Assembly: GCA_964016885.1 (NCBI GenBank) | Contig: OZ024743.1 | Coordinates: 265,980,001-266,044,000 of the forward strand | From: Eledone cirrhosa | Taxonomy: Eukaryota | Length of the DNA: 64,000 nucleotides | Reading direction: 5' to 3' | Shown here: in pieces, positions 12,144-26,368 of the stretch | Layout of the letters: every line of letters starts with the position of its first letter | Position numbering within the stretch: position 1 is the stretch's first letter | The notes under the pieces: model-generated | What the model was told of the DNA's origin: nothing | The model's input: the letters and a program-made list of their open reading frames with translations, nothing else | Database searches by the model: none | Program-made: the position numbers and the translations under genes

Positions 12144-12582
12144 TGTGTGTCAGGCAACTCTCGAGTGCTATTGGTAACATGTAACCCAGTAAATATGTCT
12201 CATAGTCGGGTCATCGGTGACTAAACCTGCAACCACACCAAGCCTGCTTGCTGAGAAGGGGGATATTTGGACACAACCTGCGGGATGAAATACAAGACCC
12301 GGTGAAGGACGGAGGAACTCAGCAGAATCAACGACCATCCAAAGATTTTTTTGGGGGGGGGGGGGGTGAAAGGGCTCGAGTTGCAACAACACATTTCTAG
12401 GAAGGGAAACTCTGACAAAAAAAAGCTGCGGCTTCGGAAAAATTTTTTTATGATATATAAAGATAACATTTAAAAAAATAAAAGATAAAAAATGAATACA
12501 TTAAGAGAAAGATACAAAATAGGTCAGACAGTCATACACACATATATATATATATATACATACATATAAATATATAAACACG

Positions 12583-12619
<37 letters not shown>

Positions 12620-12653
12620 TCATACGCATATAGAAACACATGCATACACACAT

Positions 12654-12731
<78 letters not shown>

Positions 12732-13132
12732 TGCCCTGTCGTTATCGAGTATGGCCATTGCACGATATACCATTATTAATAATTATTAACTAATTCTATT
12801 GTGCAATGCCTGTGTGTGAAGATTGTTTTAAAAGAGAGGAGAGGATACACTATGCACTGAGCCAACTCCACTCCCTGCGCGACAGTAGCTGTAACACGAA
12901 AAGAAGAACAGATCAAAATCATCGGCAATTACTGAGCCGCAGGTTTTATGTCGGAGCTAACCCAGTTTCCTGAGTTGCATTCTCCTGGAAGAATGCCCCG
13001 ACAAAAGCTAGGAGTCCTCACTCTCAGTGGCCTAACCGCGTGATCGGGTATCCAGCCCGACTATTTCTATGTCCCTACGCATATACATACACATGTAAAT
13101 GTGTATATACATATTTACACATTTTTATATTT

Positions 13133-13168
<36 letters not shown>

Positions 13169-13659
13169 GTGTATGCATGCATACATATATACACACAAAT
13201 ACAGACATATATACACATACATAAAAACACAGATACACACAAATCTATATAGATACGTATATGTATTTGGCCATATACGACATATGTACTCCCATATTAT
13301 ATGGGTATTTACCTAGATATATATTTACCTAGATATATAGATATATAATTAATATACATACAAAACATACATAACCGTACAAAAAAGATAATCACATACG
13401 TATGAACGCATATATACACATACTCACATAAGTTTATAGGTAGAAAAAATAAGTATATAGTTAGACTATATATATGTGGTTGTGTCTATATTGTATCTGT
13501 ATTTTTGACCGTTGGTCAGTCAATGGTAACATTGAGGACGGAATAAATTAAATTAACCGATATAAAAGACACAGAAGCGAAAAACAACCAAACAGTGAGT
13601 GTGTTCTGTTATTAATTCTGGCAATATTACTACACAAATATGACACTCCCCAAGTATAG

Positions 13660-13742
<83 letters not shown>

Positions 13743-14180
13743 CATATATATAATTGTACGACAAGGTCACTTCAGGAGCTCTCTAAATTCCAGAACCACG
13801 TCATGAGACTTATGACTGGCAAGTAGCTCAGCAACCGTATCTGTATCAGTTAGCTACTCATCATTACCTCGTGGTGTGAGTAGGATATGCCTGCAAGGAA
13901 GGTTGGTTGGTAAGAAAAGGCAGTCATCAAAGTGATGGTTTGATAATGTCAACCTATAGACTGCACGTGATCTATGCTCTGTAAACTCTGGTCTTGGTTA
14001 TCAAAATTTGTTGAGAAAAATATTTCATGTTGGTGCGCAGTCTACAACTGGAGGAGTTTATCGGCGTAATAGCACTAAGCATTTGTTTTATTTAAACATA
14101 CATTTTACACTTTTATATACACCCCTATTATATATGTATATTCAAAAATTCATAAATATTTTATATATATATATATAAAT

Positions 14181-15209
14181 CTAGGGCGGGTAAAATTCCT
14201 GAGATCCATGTACGAGTTCTCTCCACCGGTCTCGGTACCTCATTATCGCTGCCATGTCCTGCGTCTCCAACAGACCAGTCTCTGTCCTCAGGCCATCAAC
14301 ATACGTTAATATTGGTCTTCCTCTTCCAGTGTGTCCATATAGGGGCTCCCACAGGAGCACCTGAGTTCAATGTCAACTCTGGATGTCGGTGAGCATGTCC
14401 AGCTAACCTCAGTCTCCTCTGTGTCTCTTTTGAGCTGAATTTGGGAGGCTCATATACAGCTCTGAGTTTTTCATCCTAAGTATATACTGATTAATGTTCA
14501 GAGCCATCCTCTTACAGGCTTATGGTATCCCCAAGAAGATAGTGGACCTGATACCACTGCTCTACACCAACACCAAAGCCCAAGTCATTACACCTGATGG
14601 GATGACAGAGTTGTTTGAGATATTGGCTGGAGTGCTCCAGGGTGATACATTGGCTCTCTACCTTTTTATCATCGTAGTCGACTATTGTATGCGCCTTGAA
14701 CTGGCGAAACACCAGGACTCTGGCTTTACTGTAGCACCGGCTCAGAGCAGGAGAGTTAAGGCGAAAAAGATATCGGATGCTGAATTTGCCGACGACATAG
14801 TTTTGGTGACTAATACAGTGAAGGGGGAAGTGGATGAGACTGTGTCGATGAGTGTGGGGCTGAGAATGAATGAGACTAAAACAAAATATCTGGTAGAGAA
14901 TGTTGAGAAGCCAGAGGGGATCACTAATGTAGACCAGAAGCCACTGGAATTGGTTGAGGAATTCCTGTATTTGGCAGCAAAGATTGGGAATACGGAACAT
15001 GATGTGGTTGAGAGGAAGAGCAATGCCTGGGCGGCTTGCCACAGCTTGAGATCGGTGTGGGAGTCGGACCTTCGTAAAGACCTGAAAATCCGCCTCTTCA
15101 TTGCTGTAGCGTAGTCTGTGCTTCTGTACGGGTCTGAGACTTGGACACTGACCAAGAAACTCACTCAGATGGTGGATGGGTGCTACACGAGAACACGAGA
15201 ATGCTGAGG

Positions 15210-15211
<2 letters not shown>
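14181..15211 (-). mobile_element. RTE-like LINE 3' fragment with an inverted 5' segment
   Basis: 14181-14510 (-) encodes the C-terminus RMALNI...RRLRLAGH...LLWEP..GRGRP..WRELV..*. 14505-15211 (+) encodes the upstream RT (GVLQGDTL, FADD, LLYGSETWTL, DGCYTR..MLR). Confidence 0.88.
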
Positions 15212-15255
<44 letters not shown>

Positions 15256-15873
15256 GACTATATGAAATTATAAACTGTATGTTTATATAAAACAAGTGTT
15301 TAAGCACTGTATTAGTGCTATAGTCAATATATATACATGTATTTATTTTTGTTATGTATGAACTGATGTGTGTATGTGTATATATGCGTTCATATGTATG
15401 TGTGTGTGTGTTTGTGTGTGTGTATATGTGTAAGTGTGCGCGTGTGTGTATGCGTACGTGTATCTGTGTGTATACGTTTGGGTGTCTGCGTTGCTGCCTA
15501 GGTGATTATGTTATAGATTATATGTGCAATTGTGCAATGCACAGCAGCGGACATTAAACTAAATCTATTCTCATGTTCGTAAATCCTGACAACCTGTACG
15601 GCTTCGCTTTTTTAGAAGAATCGCAGTCATTTTCACAGAAACTACCCCATTTTCTAGCTTTAATACACACAAGCAATTCAATAGCTCAGCAGACATGCGA
15701 TTCAAGACAACAACAAGGAAAGAGGTAAAATAATCGCCCTTCTTACACCCAAGTCGACAAATATTCTACTTCTACATCTCCTTGGTATTATCTTCTTCAG
15801 TCACCCCCTCGTTATATTTTTGTTTTCAAAATAACAAGTAAAGAAAATTAGTGGTAAATAATCGTTGATGGAA

Positions 15874-15964
<91 letters not shown>

Positions 15965-15983
15965 TTCCATATATATGTATATA

Positions 15984-16040
<57 letters not shown>

Positions 16041-16071
16041 GTGTATATATATATATATGTGTATATATATA

Positions 16072-16120
<49 letters not shown>

Positions 16121-16143
16121 ATATACATATGTTTATATATATG

Positions 16144-16187
<44 letters not shown>

Positions 16188-16217
16188 CGTGTGATGATAA
16201 TACACACACATACACAT

Positions 16218-16292
<75 letters not shown>

Positions 16293-16612
16293 TGCATATA
16301 TTATGACTGTGAAGCTAAAACATGTAAACTCTTGATTTTAGAGAGGAAAAATAATCGTAAATATTGATATAATGTAATAAATCGGGTATAAGGTAAATAC
16401 CGTTATATAGTTTGAAAGAGAGATGGACAAGTATTTATTTAGTACACACATATAGAGGCATGGAGTTGTATATTATATATTTATACACACGCACGCACAC
16501 ACATATATATATATACATATGTGGGTGTATAAATATATACACATACAAAAAAAGAAGGTTGGAACATGGAAAGGAGAAAATACATGCGATGTATGTTATA
16601 TATATATATATA

Positions 16613-16686
<74 letters not shown>

Positions 16687-17278
16687 TATATAGACATATA
16701 TATATATATACATATATATACGTAAATATATATATATATATTATATATATATATATGTCTGTGTGGTGTGTATGTGTAAATATATATATATATTCCTGCA
16801 TCGCATACATTTGTTTTCTTCTCTCTATGTTGTATCCTTCTTTTTTTTTAGGATTTTCCCTGTGAAAATGAATCTATACAAGAATATATATATAAATATA
16901 TAAATGTATAAATAAGTATATTGTTGGGATGAAGCAAAAGTTCTAACATTTATAATTTTTTTTTTTTTTTATATATATATCTTTTTCACGTGTAAAATAC
17001 TTACAATATTTAGTGCAATTCTCGTAAAATGTAAACAGACGTTGCACAAATGTTTGTTATACGCACGTAATATTTTACAATAATTTTTTTATAACTTACT
17101 CGGAAATTATTGTCATTTTTCTGCTCAGATTTTATGTTTTTTGTGCAGTTTCCCATAACTTTAATATAGAAACAAGCGTATTGTGTTGGGTCATTCCACT
17201 AGATTTGGTGTATTAAAACGTTCGCAAAGATTTCACTCTTTTTACATATAAATATATATGATTATAAATATATATGAT

Positions 17279-17377
<99 letters not shown>

Positions 17378-17384
17378 ATATATA

Positions 17385-17426
<42 letters not shown>

Positions 17427-17431
17427 GAAAA

Positions 17432-17483
<52 letters not shown>

Positions 17484-17592
17484 TTGTATAGCTCTATATC
17501 CACTTTACATCTCCCCAGGCATTGGGTACTCCCATGATACGTCGTCCCCACCCTCATGGCACCCCGGACTCTCTCTCGCTCTCTCTCTCTCA

Positions 17593-17687
<95 letters not shown>

Positions 17688-18017
17688 TATATGTATGTGT
17701 GAGTGGGCGTGTGTATACATATATGTACATATATTTATATATGTGCACACATATACACATATGTGCTCATACACAAAATATAACCCGTCGCACACTCTCA
17801 TAGTTTAATACCTTATAGCGCTGATTATTGTTATTCGTCTTATACACCCCAGGAATACATTATTCTCTTTTACATCCTGCTTATTATTCCCGAGTTGTTT
17901 AAGGTGTCTGGTTGGTTGATATAATATACGTCTTAACGTTGTTCTTTACTATTCAATTAATAGCGAAATTCTCCTTCGAACAACCAACTACTTCTTTTCC
18001 AATCTATACTAAACCTC

Positions 18018-18126
<109 letters not shown>

Positions 18127-18726
18127 AAACATCTTTGCTGAAGCGCAAAAGCGAAACGATTCCTCTACCTAACATCTTTAATATCTGAAATACATGTTCT
18201 CTTTTTCACTTCGAATCCTACGTTATATCTTTTCAGAACTTTTCAACACAAAATTTCTAACAATAATTTTCCTTTTAGATTACTTATCAATCCCAAATAA
18301 TACTTCATTTTTTTTTATATTTTGCCTTCCTAGATGCCCGCATGGCTAATTTGTTACGAAATTTATTTAACAATAATGAAATGCTGGGCTTGAGTGCATA
18401 AGTCAAATTGGGCAAAAGGCTTTAACCGACCACTTTTGAGTATAATTGCAAAGACTGAAAGTTTGATTGAAATATTATGCGTCTTCTTCCAAAATCGGTT
18501 TCATCACGCTAGTTCCATTTCTGAGATACACGATGGCTGCATATGTCTGCGTAATACTCAATATCTTCGTTAGATTTTCGGTTGATTGAACAACTAAACT
18601 CTCATCAGCTGTAACTTTTACATTTCCTGTCTCACCTTTTCAATTACCGATAATTCCTCTGTCTGTCCATCTAGTGACCTCCTCTCTCTCTGTCTATCAT
18701 TATCTGCTTAACAGTCAAATTACATG

Positions 18727-18874
<148 letters not shown>

Positions 18875-19037
18875 TATACACATATATATATATATATTTA
18901 TATATAAATATATATATATATATATATGTATATATAAGTATATATGTATATATGCATATGTGAGAACAACCACAGACCCTCCATCTCAACTCTACTTTTG
19001 AAAAGCAGACGAACTGCGAAACCGGTAAAGGAACCAA

Positions 19038-19111
<74 letters not shown>

Positions 19112-19208
19112 CATATAACAAAGGAAATGTGGTAAGGAACCAGATGGACCATAACGCACCAGAGTACTCAATACTTACAGTAGTAGAGTGGGAAATAAGA
19201 AAAAGTAT

Positions 19209-19304
19209 GACCCCGACGGTAGAGCTCAAGCCGTTTTCACGGCTATTTCTGGACTAAATAGAATTTTTAGCCTGGTGAATAAATAGCCGAACTTGTCAAG
19301 GGGC
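19209..19304 (-). ncRNA. Type I HHR motif, U3-A8 variant, long stem II (3' pLTR copy)
   Basis: Minus strand reads gcccc-TTGACAA-gttCGGCTATTT...AAATAGCCGt-gaaaACGGc(ttgagctct)aCCGTC-ggggt; the GAAA junction is slightly altered. Confidence 0.65.
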
Positions 19305-21022
19305 TACTTCCTTATATGGGAATATTGTAGATGTCAAGAAGATTGGTTAAAATTTATTGTAAACACAAATAAATGTATCATTGCATTTGGAGGGGGTGGG
19401 GTGGCTGAACTTGCCTGTAGAACAATAGGGGAGTGAGTGGCGCGGTCAAGCGTTGAAAGTGATATGTATACACCAGATTCTAAGGATCGTGTATGAAGTG
19501 GAGGAGGGAGGTTATAGAATAGGTAAATCGAATGAGAGTAGGAGACAATAAAAGATAATAGAAAGAAAAAAATATATATAAAATTAAATAGTGAGAAATG
19601 AATAAAAAAAAATCACAATGCTATCTTACAATTACAGATTAATAAGTTGAGAATAGAAAATACTTGTAGAAATTGAGTAGGATCAAAACTGATACAAAAA
19701 TAAAAGGGGTTAACACATCTGCTATAAGTAGTTAGTAAAACGTATTCGGCCAATTCTATCTTAAAATTACAGGGGTGGGGGAACTGATGCTACAGAGGCC
19801 CGATGGGCTGCGTCGGGGTAGGTGAAAGGGAAAAGCAGACGAGGAAGAAAATAGGGGATGGAAGGAAGTGATAGGATGAGGCAGGAGGAAGAAGAAGACA
19901 ATGAGGAAAAGAAAAGAGATACATCTACCTATGTAAGCTGGGGATTACCCTAACTTATTTGGCAAGTGGGGGGGGGGTATCAGACCTTGTCTACCCACCC
20001 TGATCATTATGGGGTTTGAGGGCGAGGTAAGTGCTACGCAATATGTGTTTTGATGTGGTTACCAGTTCGTCTTTCTTGATTAGGAGTTGGTCCTTCGAAA
20101 ACAGCATTCGCAATGTTTCCTCCGACCATTAGTTACACGGACAGCGTCCTCCCGTGTAAGAGTTAGCTCTGGACAGTAAGCACCAAGTGAGATTGTAGGT
20201 TTTATTATTATCTTGGAGGTCCCAGATGTGGCCCGACAGTGTAGTGGCATATCGCCGGACCGGGTTTCGGAAAGTATGTCGGTGTTGGTAGAGCCGGGCC
20301 TTGAAGTCACACGTGGTTAATCCTATATAAGCTTTGTTGGCTGTGTCCGTCCTCACGTTGCACTGGTAGATCACGTTACGCTCTCGGCATTTGTTGTTGA
20401 GGGGGCACGTAGATCTATCAGGACAGTTGGACCGCCTGGTCGGTTCTCCACTGATGTCTATGTTATTTCTTCCATAGGGGTTTTCTTCCTCGTCTGCTTT
20501 CCCCTTTCGTCTACCCCGATGCAGCCCGCCTCTGTAGCATCATTTCCCCCACCCCTGTAATTTTAAGATAGAATTGGCCGAATACGTTTTACTAACTACT
20601 TATAGCAGACGTGTTAAACCCCTTTTATTTTTGTATCAGTTTTGGTACTACTCAATTTCTACAAGTTGTTTTCTTTTCTCAACTTATTAACCTGTAAGAT
20701 AGCATTGTGATTTTTTTTTAATTCATTTCTCACTATCTAATTTTATATATTTTTTAAATTCTTTCTATTATCTTTTATTGTCTCCTACTCTCATTCGATT
20801 TACCTATTCTATAACCTCCCTCCTCCACTTCATACACTATCCTTAGAATCTGGTGTATACATATCCTTTCAACGCTTGACCGCTCCACTCACTCCCCTAT
20901 TGTTCTACAGGCAAGCTCAGCCACCCCTACCATCCACCACATGCCATGATACACTTATTTGTGTTTACAACACATTTTAACCAATCCTCTTGACAACTAC
21001 AATATTCCCATATAAGGAAGTA

Positions 21023-21118
21023 GCCCCTTGACAAGTTCGGCTATTTATTCACCTGGCTAAAAATTCTAATTTAGTCCAGAAATAGCAGTCGAAACGGCTT
21101 GAGCTCTGCCGTCAGGGT
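21023..21118 (+). ncRNA. Type I HHR motif, U3-A8 variant, long stem II (inverted pLTR copy)
   Basis: gcccc-TTGACAA-gttcgGCTATTT...AAATAGCagtc-GAA-ACGGC(ttgagctct)GCCGT-C-agggt; stem III is a perfect 5 bp and the triplet is GUC. Confidence 0.75.
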
Positions 21119-21307
21119 CATAATTTTTAGTGATATATATTTCAATGACGACACTGACCACACTGTTCTGTGTGCGAGTGTCGCGACATGGTCAGACAGC
21201 TTGTTACATTATAAGGTTATGTATCCGAGGCAATCCAAATTGAATCGATATGGGAACGGACGAAGTGTGTGCTTTGGGGTTCTTCATCCGTTCCCCTGCG
21301 TGTACCT

Positions 21308-21929
21308 ATTCACCCCCACCGGTCTGCGCAGGCGCATGTCCGAAGGGAGTTGACCATTAACTACCGCAGATTTCAACGAAATTCGCTTAGTCAGTTCCCC
21401 CTCTCAGCCAAACAATGACCCATTCAGGCCTGTACCTTAGTTTACTGCTACCCATCCCGTCTGCGGCAGTCAGCCGAAAGTCAGAGGGGATGGGAGAGTG
21501 TTAATATTTACAGGTCACAATACTATCTCTCACCAAGCATGGACAGTACAACTGACCATCAACCCTTAAGAGAAAATATTTTAATTCTAGGTATCATGGT
21601 TTTACATTGGAAGTTATGAGTGAGAGTTGGAAATAAAAATAAAAATTTAAAATCGAAAATCCTAAATCAAATATCAGAAATTATGAATTAAAAAATTAAA
21701 AAATTAAAAAATTAACAATTAGAAATTAAAAAATTATTCAAGTGAGAATCCGGATTGAGGTGAGTAAAAAAACATAGATTGAAGTGAGTAAATAATATGC
21801 AGGTAGATGTTTAATGAAGAAGTTCTGAAAGGGGTCCTAATGTCGCATCTACACTATCTCTTGAAATCTGCGGTAGCTAATGGTTTACTTCCTTCGGACA
21901 TGCGCCTGCGCAGACCGGTGGGGGTGAAT
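21308..21929. repeat. Unit bounded by ~70-bp GC-rich inverted repeats (MITE-like or inverted retroelement end)
   Basis: attcacccccaccggtctgcgcaggcgcatgtccgaag...ctaccgcagatttcaa (21308-21376) is mirrored at 21861-21929. Confidence 0.75.
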
Positions 21930-22129
21930 TGATACTCATAATGGAACATTATTATTAAAAGACTTGAACATCTGAAACTACTTCGCTTTTCCTTATTCTA
22001 TATATATGTATATATATATCAGCTTTCTATGCGTCTCTCGATTTATCTATGTATATATCTTCCCATTTCAGTCTAAACATTTCTCTCATATTCTTATATG
22101 TTTTATATGTTTTACTTGGAACCACTTAT

Positions 22130-22530
22130 CAACACTTTTCGACCTGACCAAATGCATTCCAGACTTTTCAAACATAGTTTAATTGATATGACACTATATT
22201 AAACGTTATGTCTTTCATTCTTATTAAAGAGAGTAGGCCGTGATTTAGCAGTTATTTGGATGTGATGTTTTTAGTTCGATCTGTCACATAAGATCCATCT
22301 CATCCGCCAATCACTCTGATATGTAATTTCTATTGCCATATTCCTGGACAGCAACAATGAAGGGATCCAAGCCCACCTCCTGAAACATTCAACTGATACT
22401 TACATCATATTGTCTTACTGAAAATGCAGCACAATGACAGTGAAGCTTTCTAGCCTAACTTGAATTTCGTAGTGACCTTCATAACAACCTAATTTTAGAC
22501 TCCTTAAGTACCTCATCCATAATGTAATTT
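22130..22530 (-). mobile_element. Decayed LINE RT remnant (RTE-like)
   Basis: Minus strand retains weak RT-region similarity around 22340-22390 and 22260-22300 (ADDL-like); heavily mutated. Confidence 0.4.
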
Positions 22531-22608
22531 AGTTTTGTCGTTGTATCTTAGCACCAAAGAATGTCCAACTCAACACACACACATAAACGTGTTTGTGTGT
22601 GTGTATGG

Positions 22609-22641
<33 letters not shown>

Positions 22642-22644
<3 letters not shown>

Positions 22645-22776
22645 CGAAGGAAATGTGGTAAGGAACCAGGTGGACCACAACGCACCAAAGTACTCAATAC
22701 TTGAGGTAGTAGAGTGGGTAATAGGAACCAGTAAGACCCCGACAGCTGAGCTCAAGCCGTTTCGACGGCTAATTCT

Positions 22777-22780
<4 letters not shown>
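22642..22780 (-). mobile_element. Short PLE 3'-end fragment carrying the 3' half of an HHR
   Basis: Homologous to 19117-19253; minus strand reads tagccgtc-GAAACGGC-ttgagctca-GCTGTC-ggggtc; embedded in (TA)n. Confidence 0.8.
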
Positions 22781-22855
<75 letters not shown>

Positions 22856-22964
22856 GATATATATATATATATTTATATATATATATATGTATGTATGTAT
22901 ATATATATATACATGCACACACACGCACACACACACACATATATATATATGCATATATATGTAT

Positions 22965-23047
<83 letters not shown>

Positions 23048-23186
23048 GTACAATTTACGGCCGTATAGCAAATCCGTTCACGTGTTAACTATATATCATT
23101 CATGCTCTTGTAAGCAAATATTCATGGAATATTTGTATATGTAATTTATTCCGACTTTATTTTATTTTTTGTATTTTTCCCATCAG

Positions 23187-23339
23187 GACCAAATGCTAGT
23201 GGAAAACTTCTAGGCAGGTTATGTGGCAATCAGTCCCTGACTTTTGTGTCTTCGAGCTGGAGTGCATATGTAATACTTCAATTAAAGAAATCAAACACAA
23301 GTAACGCCTTACTGGCAACCTACTATTCCGAGAAAAAAG
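23187..23339 (+). CDS. CUB-domain protein exon (C-terminal third of CUB repeat n)
   Basis: catcag acceptor and gtaagt donor; (G)PNASGKLLGRLCGNQSLTFVSSSWSAYVILQLKKSNTSNALLATYYSEKK; 153 nt, phase 1 to 1, in frame with 8205-8329. Confidence 0.9.
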
Positions 23340-24470
23340 GTAAGTAAATATGTTTATTTGTTCCATCTATCTGGAACTTGGCTGTGATAAAAGTACCTAT
23401 TGTAATATTATTTTGACGAGTGATTGCTTTTCAAATATTTCGCCAAAGACAAACCGTTTCATATTTAAGCTATTTTGCAACAGGAGTTCATCAACAATGC
23501 ATTTTTTATACTTCACTAACTTAAAGAGCTCATGGAAATATCATAGCCTAAGTAGGTTGACCCCTTCCATCTGGATAGAATCCTCCAGCAATAGAAATTC
23601 GAAAACAATCACAAGAGAAATTTTAAGAATTGTTTCAGATTTTTTATTCGTTAAAGTTTATATAACATACGATTAGGTTGGAATAATATCATCGGCAATA
23701 TTATGTGACAGTTCATTTTTTTCTGTTCTGTTAATTCATATCATCACGCATCCTTCGTTTCATCTTTGAATTTGACACGGTGAATATTATTTAGTATCTT
23801 AAGGATTTATATATATATATATATATGTCGTTCGCCACCCCCACCGATACTCCCGCACTCTCCATATTCGTGTCCGCATGCGCCCACGCACATACATGTG
23901 TGTACACATACATATGGCTGTGTGTGAGCGTGTGTCAATATGTGAGGGCTAGGATGTGCGTATGTTTATACAACAATATGTGTGCAGATATATACATATA
24001 TATGTGTGCGTATACGTATATACAAAGTATCTGTCAGACGAAGAGCGTCTAGCTATGTATCTAGGTAAGGACCTTGACGCCACCAATACATCCACCACAC
24101 CACCACAAACGCCGCTACCATAGACAACGGCACAAATACCACACACCTACACACGCGCCAACCCGTCTACTGACAATCCACTAACCTCATACCACAGCCT
24201 ATCCCACTACGCAACCATAACCACCACCATATCATCACATTCACCCCCACATACTCTACACGCCAAGGCCAACCAACCACCACCACACCACAGCCCATCT
24301 CATCCACCGACCGTCACCAACATCTCACCATCACACCTACCCCCATATACACTACAGGCCAGTACATGGCCTTGATCCTTCCCACCAATCAAAACAACTC
24401 ATTTTGTCAAACACTTGAATCTCTGACTTTACCACATAGCATGTATTTCATTTTCTTATAGCATTTTCAG

Positions 24471-24558
24471 AGGGTCCGTCGAGCTGCGGATTATTGAGTC
24501 GGGTAGGATCGATATAGATCGAACCTTGAGCTGATCAGTGGCGAAACGCGCTTCACCT
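24471..24558 (+). ncRNA. Degenerate HHR-like motif at the end of a CA-rich PLE-type tail
   Basis: gggt-CCGTCGA-GCTGC...GTGGC-GAAAC-gcgc-TTC-acct; stems I and II pair, but the core has two substitutions. Confidence 0.45.
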
Positions 24559-24710
24559 ACCAATAAATGCAATGAAGGAATAATCAATCGTCCTTTTTAT
24601 CCTTTCTATATATTACACTCTGTATAGCTCTACACCTCGTAACAGAAGTGAACCTAAACATGGAGTGGTCTCCCGGGTGAACCTGCATGTAACTCCTAGT
24701 TACACCCCCT

Positions 24711-24766
<56 letters not shown>

Positions 24767-24950
24767 ATAATAATAAATTTGAAGATTAAAATCCAAAGAA
24801 GGCTCGATAAGGATAAATATATATCAAATATATAAGAACCGTAGAGCAAATATTTATTAAAAATATATATTTGTATATATTTGTATATATATTTGTATAT
24901 ATTGTAACTATGTGTGTGTGTGTATATATATGTATATATATATATGTATA

Positions 24951-25004
<54 letters not shown>

Positions 25005-25942
25005 TTCTAATGAATGAAACAGTTCTAGTCCTGTCGAATCTGATCTATATTAAAACTATATATATATATATAAGGTTATGCGTAGGTATGTGTGCGCGTG
25101 TATGTGTGTGTATGTGTGTATGTTTGCGTGAGTGTGTGTACACATGTGGACATATGTGCGTGTAAGTTTCTATGTGTATGTGCGTGTATACATGTGTATG
25201 TGTATGTATGTGTGCGTATGCATATATGTATATGTGTATACGTGTGTGTCTGCATGCGTGTGTATATGTGTGTTTTGTGTGTGTCTAAGTACACACACAC
25301 ATATAAATAAAGATATATATATGTGTATATATATATATGGTGTGAGTATCTGTCGGTGGGTGGGTGTGTGTGTGGGCGCGTAGGTATGGCCACATAGGAG
25401 ATGGTTTGTCTATCTGTTTGTATGCGGGTGTATATAAACGTATGTGTATACAGACTTGTGTGTCTGCTCGTGTGTGCGCTTTTGCGTGCGTGTGGGACCG
25501 GATCTATGGCGCGTTTTAGGCAGGCGCTAATAGGCTTGAGGCGGTCGGTATCCAGAAGTGGGTGTGCCTGGGTTTGTAGAAGAGAGGGAGAGTGTGTGCG
25601 TGTATATATGTGCATGGGGGAAGGTGTGTCTGCACATGTATGCGTACATATATTTATGCGCGCATGTTTCTGTGCCTGCCCGTGTGTATGTGTGTGTGTA
25701 TATGCGGGTTCTTACTCTGGAGTGTTAACAGACGTATGATTTATCGATCTCAGCATGACTCCATTGAAGAGTGTCGGACGGGAAATGGTTGATGACCCGT
25801 GTAGCAGTAAATAATGACCAGAACTTAAGATGACGTGGAATAACGACAGCCAATGGCATGACAAGAGTGGAAAAAGTTTTTTGAAGGTGTTTTTTTTAAA
25901 GATATCACTCCAGTGAGAAAATTTGCTCTGAACCAACTACTA

Positions 25943-26031
25943 GTGTCCGAAGGAACCTGCAGCCGTAGAATCTGCCAGATCCATGCAGCGATCATGTCTC
26001 AAGCTACCTGCCGGCGAAACAATTGTAACAC
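25943..26031 (+). ncRNA. Degenerate HHR-like motif
   Basis: gtgt-CCGAAGG-aacctgcag...ctgccggc-GAAAC-aatt-GTA-acac; stem I is 4 bp and the loop AATT is palindromic. Confidence 0.45.
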
Positions 26032-26161
26032 GCAATAAACTGAGTCCAGATGCATCACTGATTTTTCGTGTTTATACTATCCACACTCTACTCTGCATGA
26101 ATATTGAGTGCTAATTTTGGCATACCGCCTATGGAAGCACCATAGCTACCATTATACACAA

Positions 26162-26368
<207 letters not shown>

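Larger units (their letters stand above)
19110..21121 (-). mobile_element. Penelope-like element, 5'-truncated, with a ~640-bp inverted pLTR
   Basis: GIY-YIG fragment at ~20040-20430 (CPLNNKCRERNVIYQCNVRTDTANKAYIGLTTCDFKARLYQHRHTF...TTLSGHIWDL); ~19207-19860 is the reverse complement of ~20478-21121. Confidence 0.92.
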
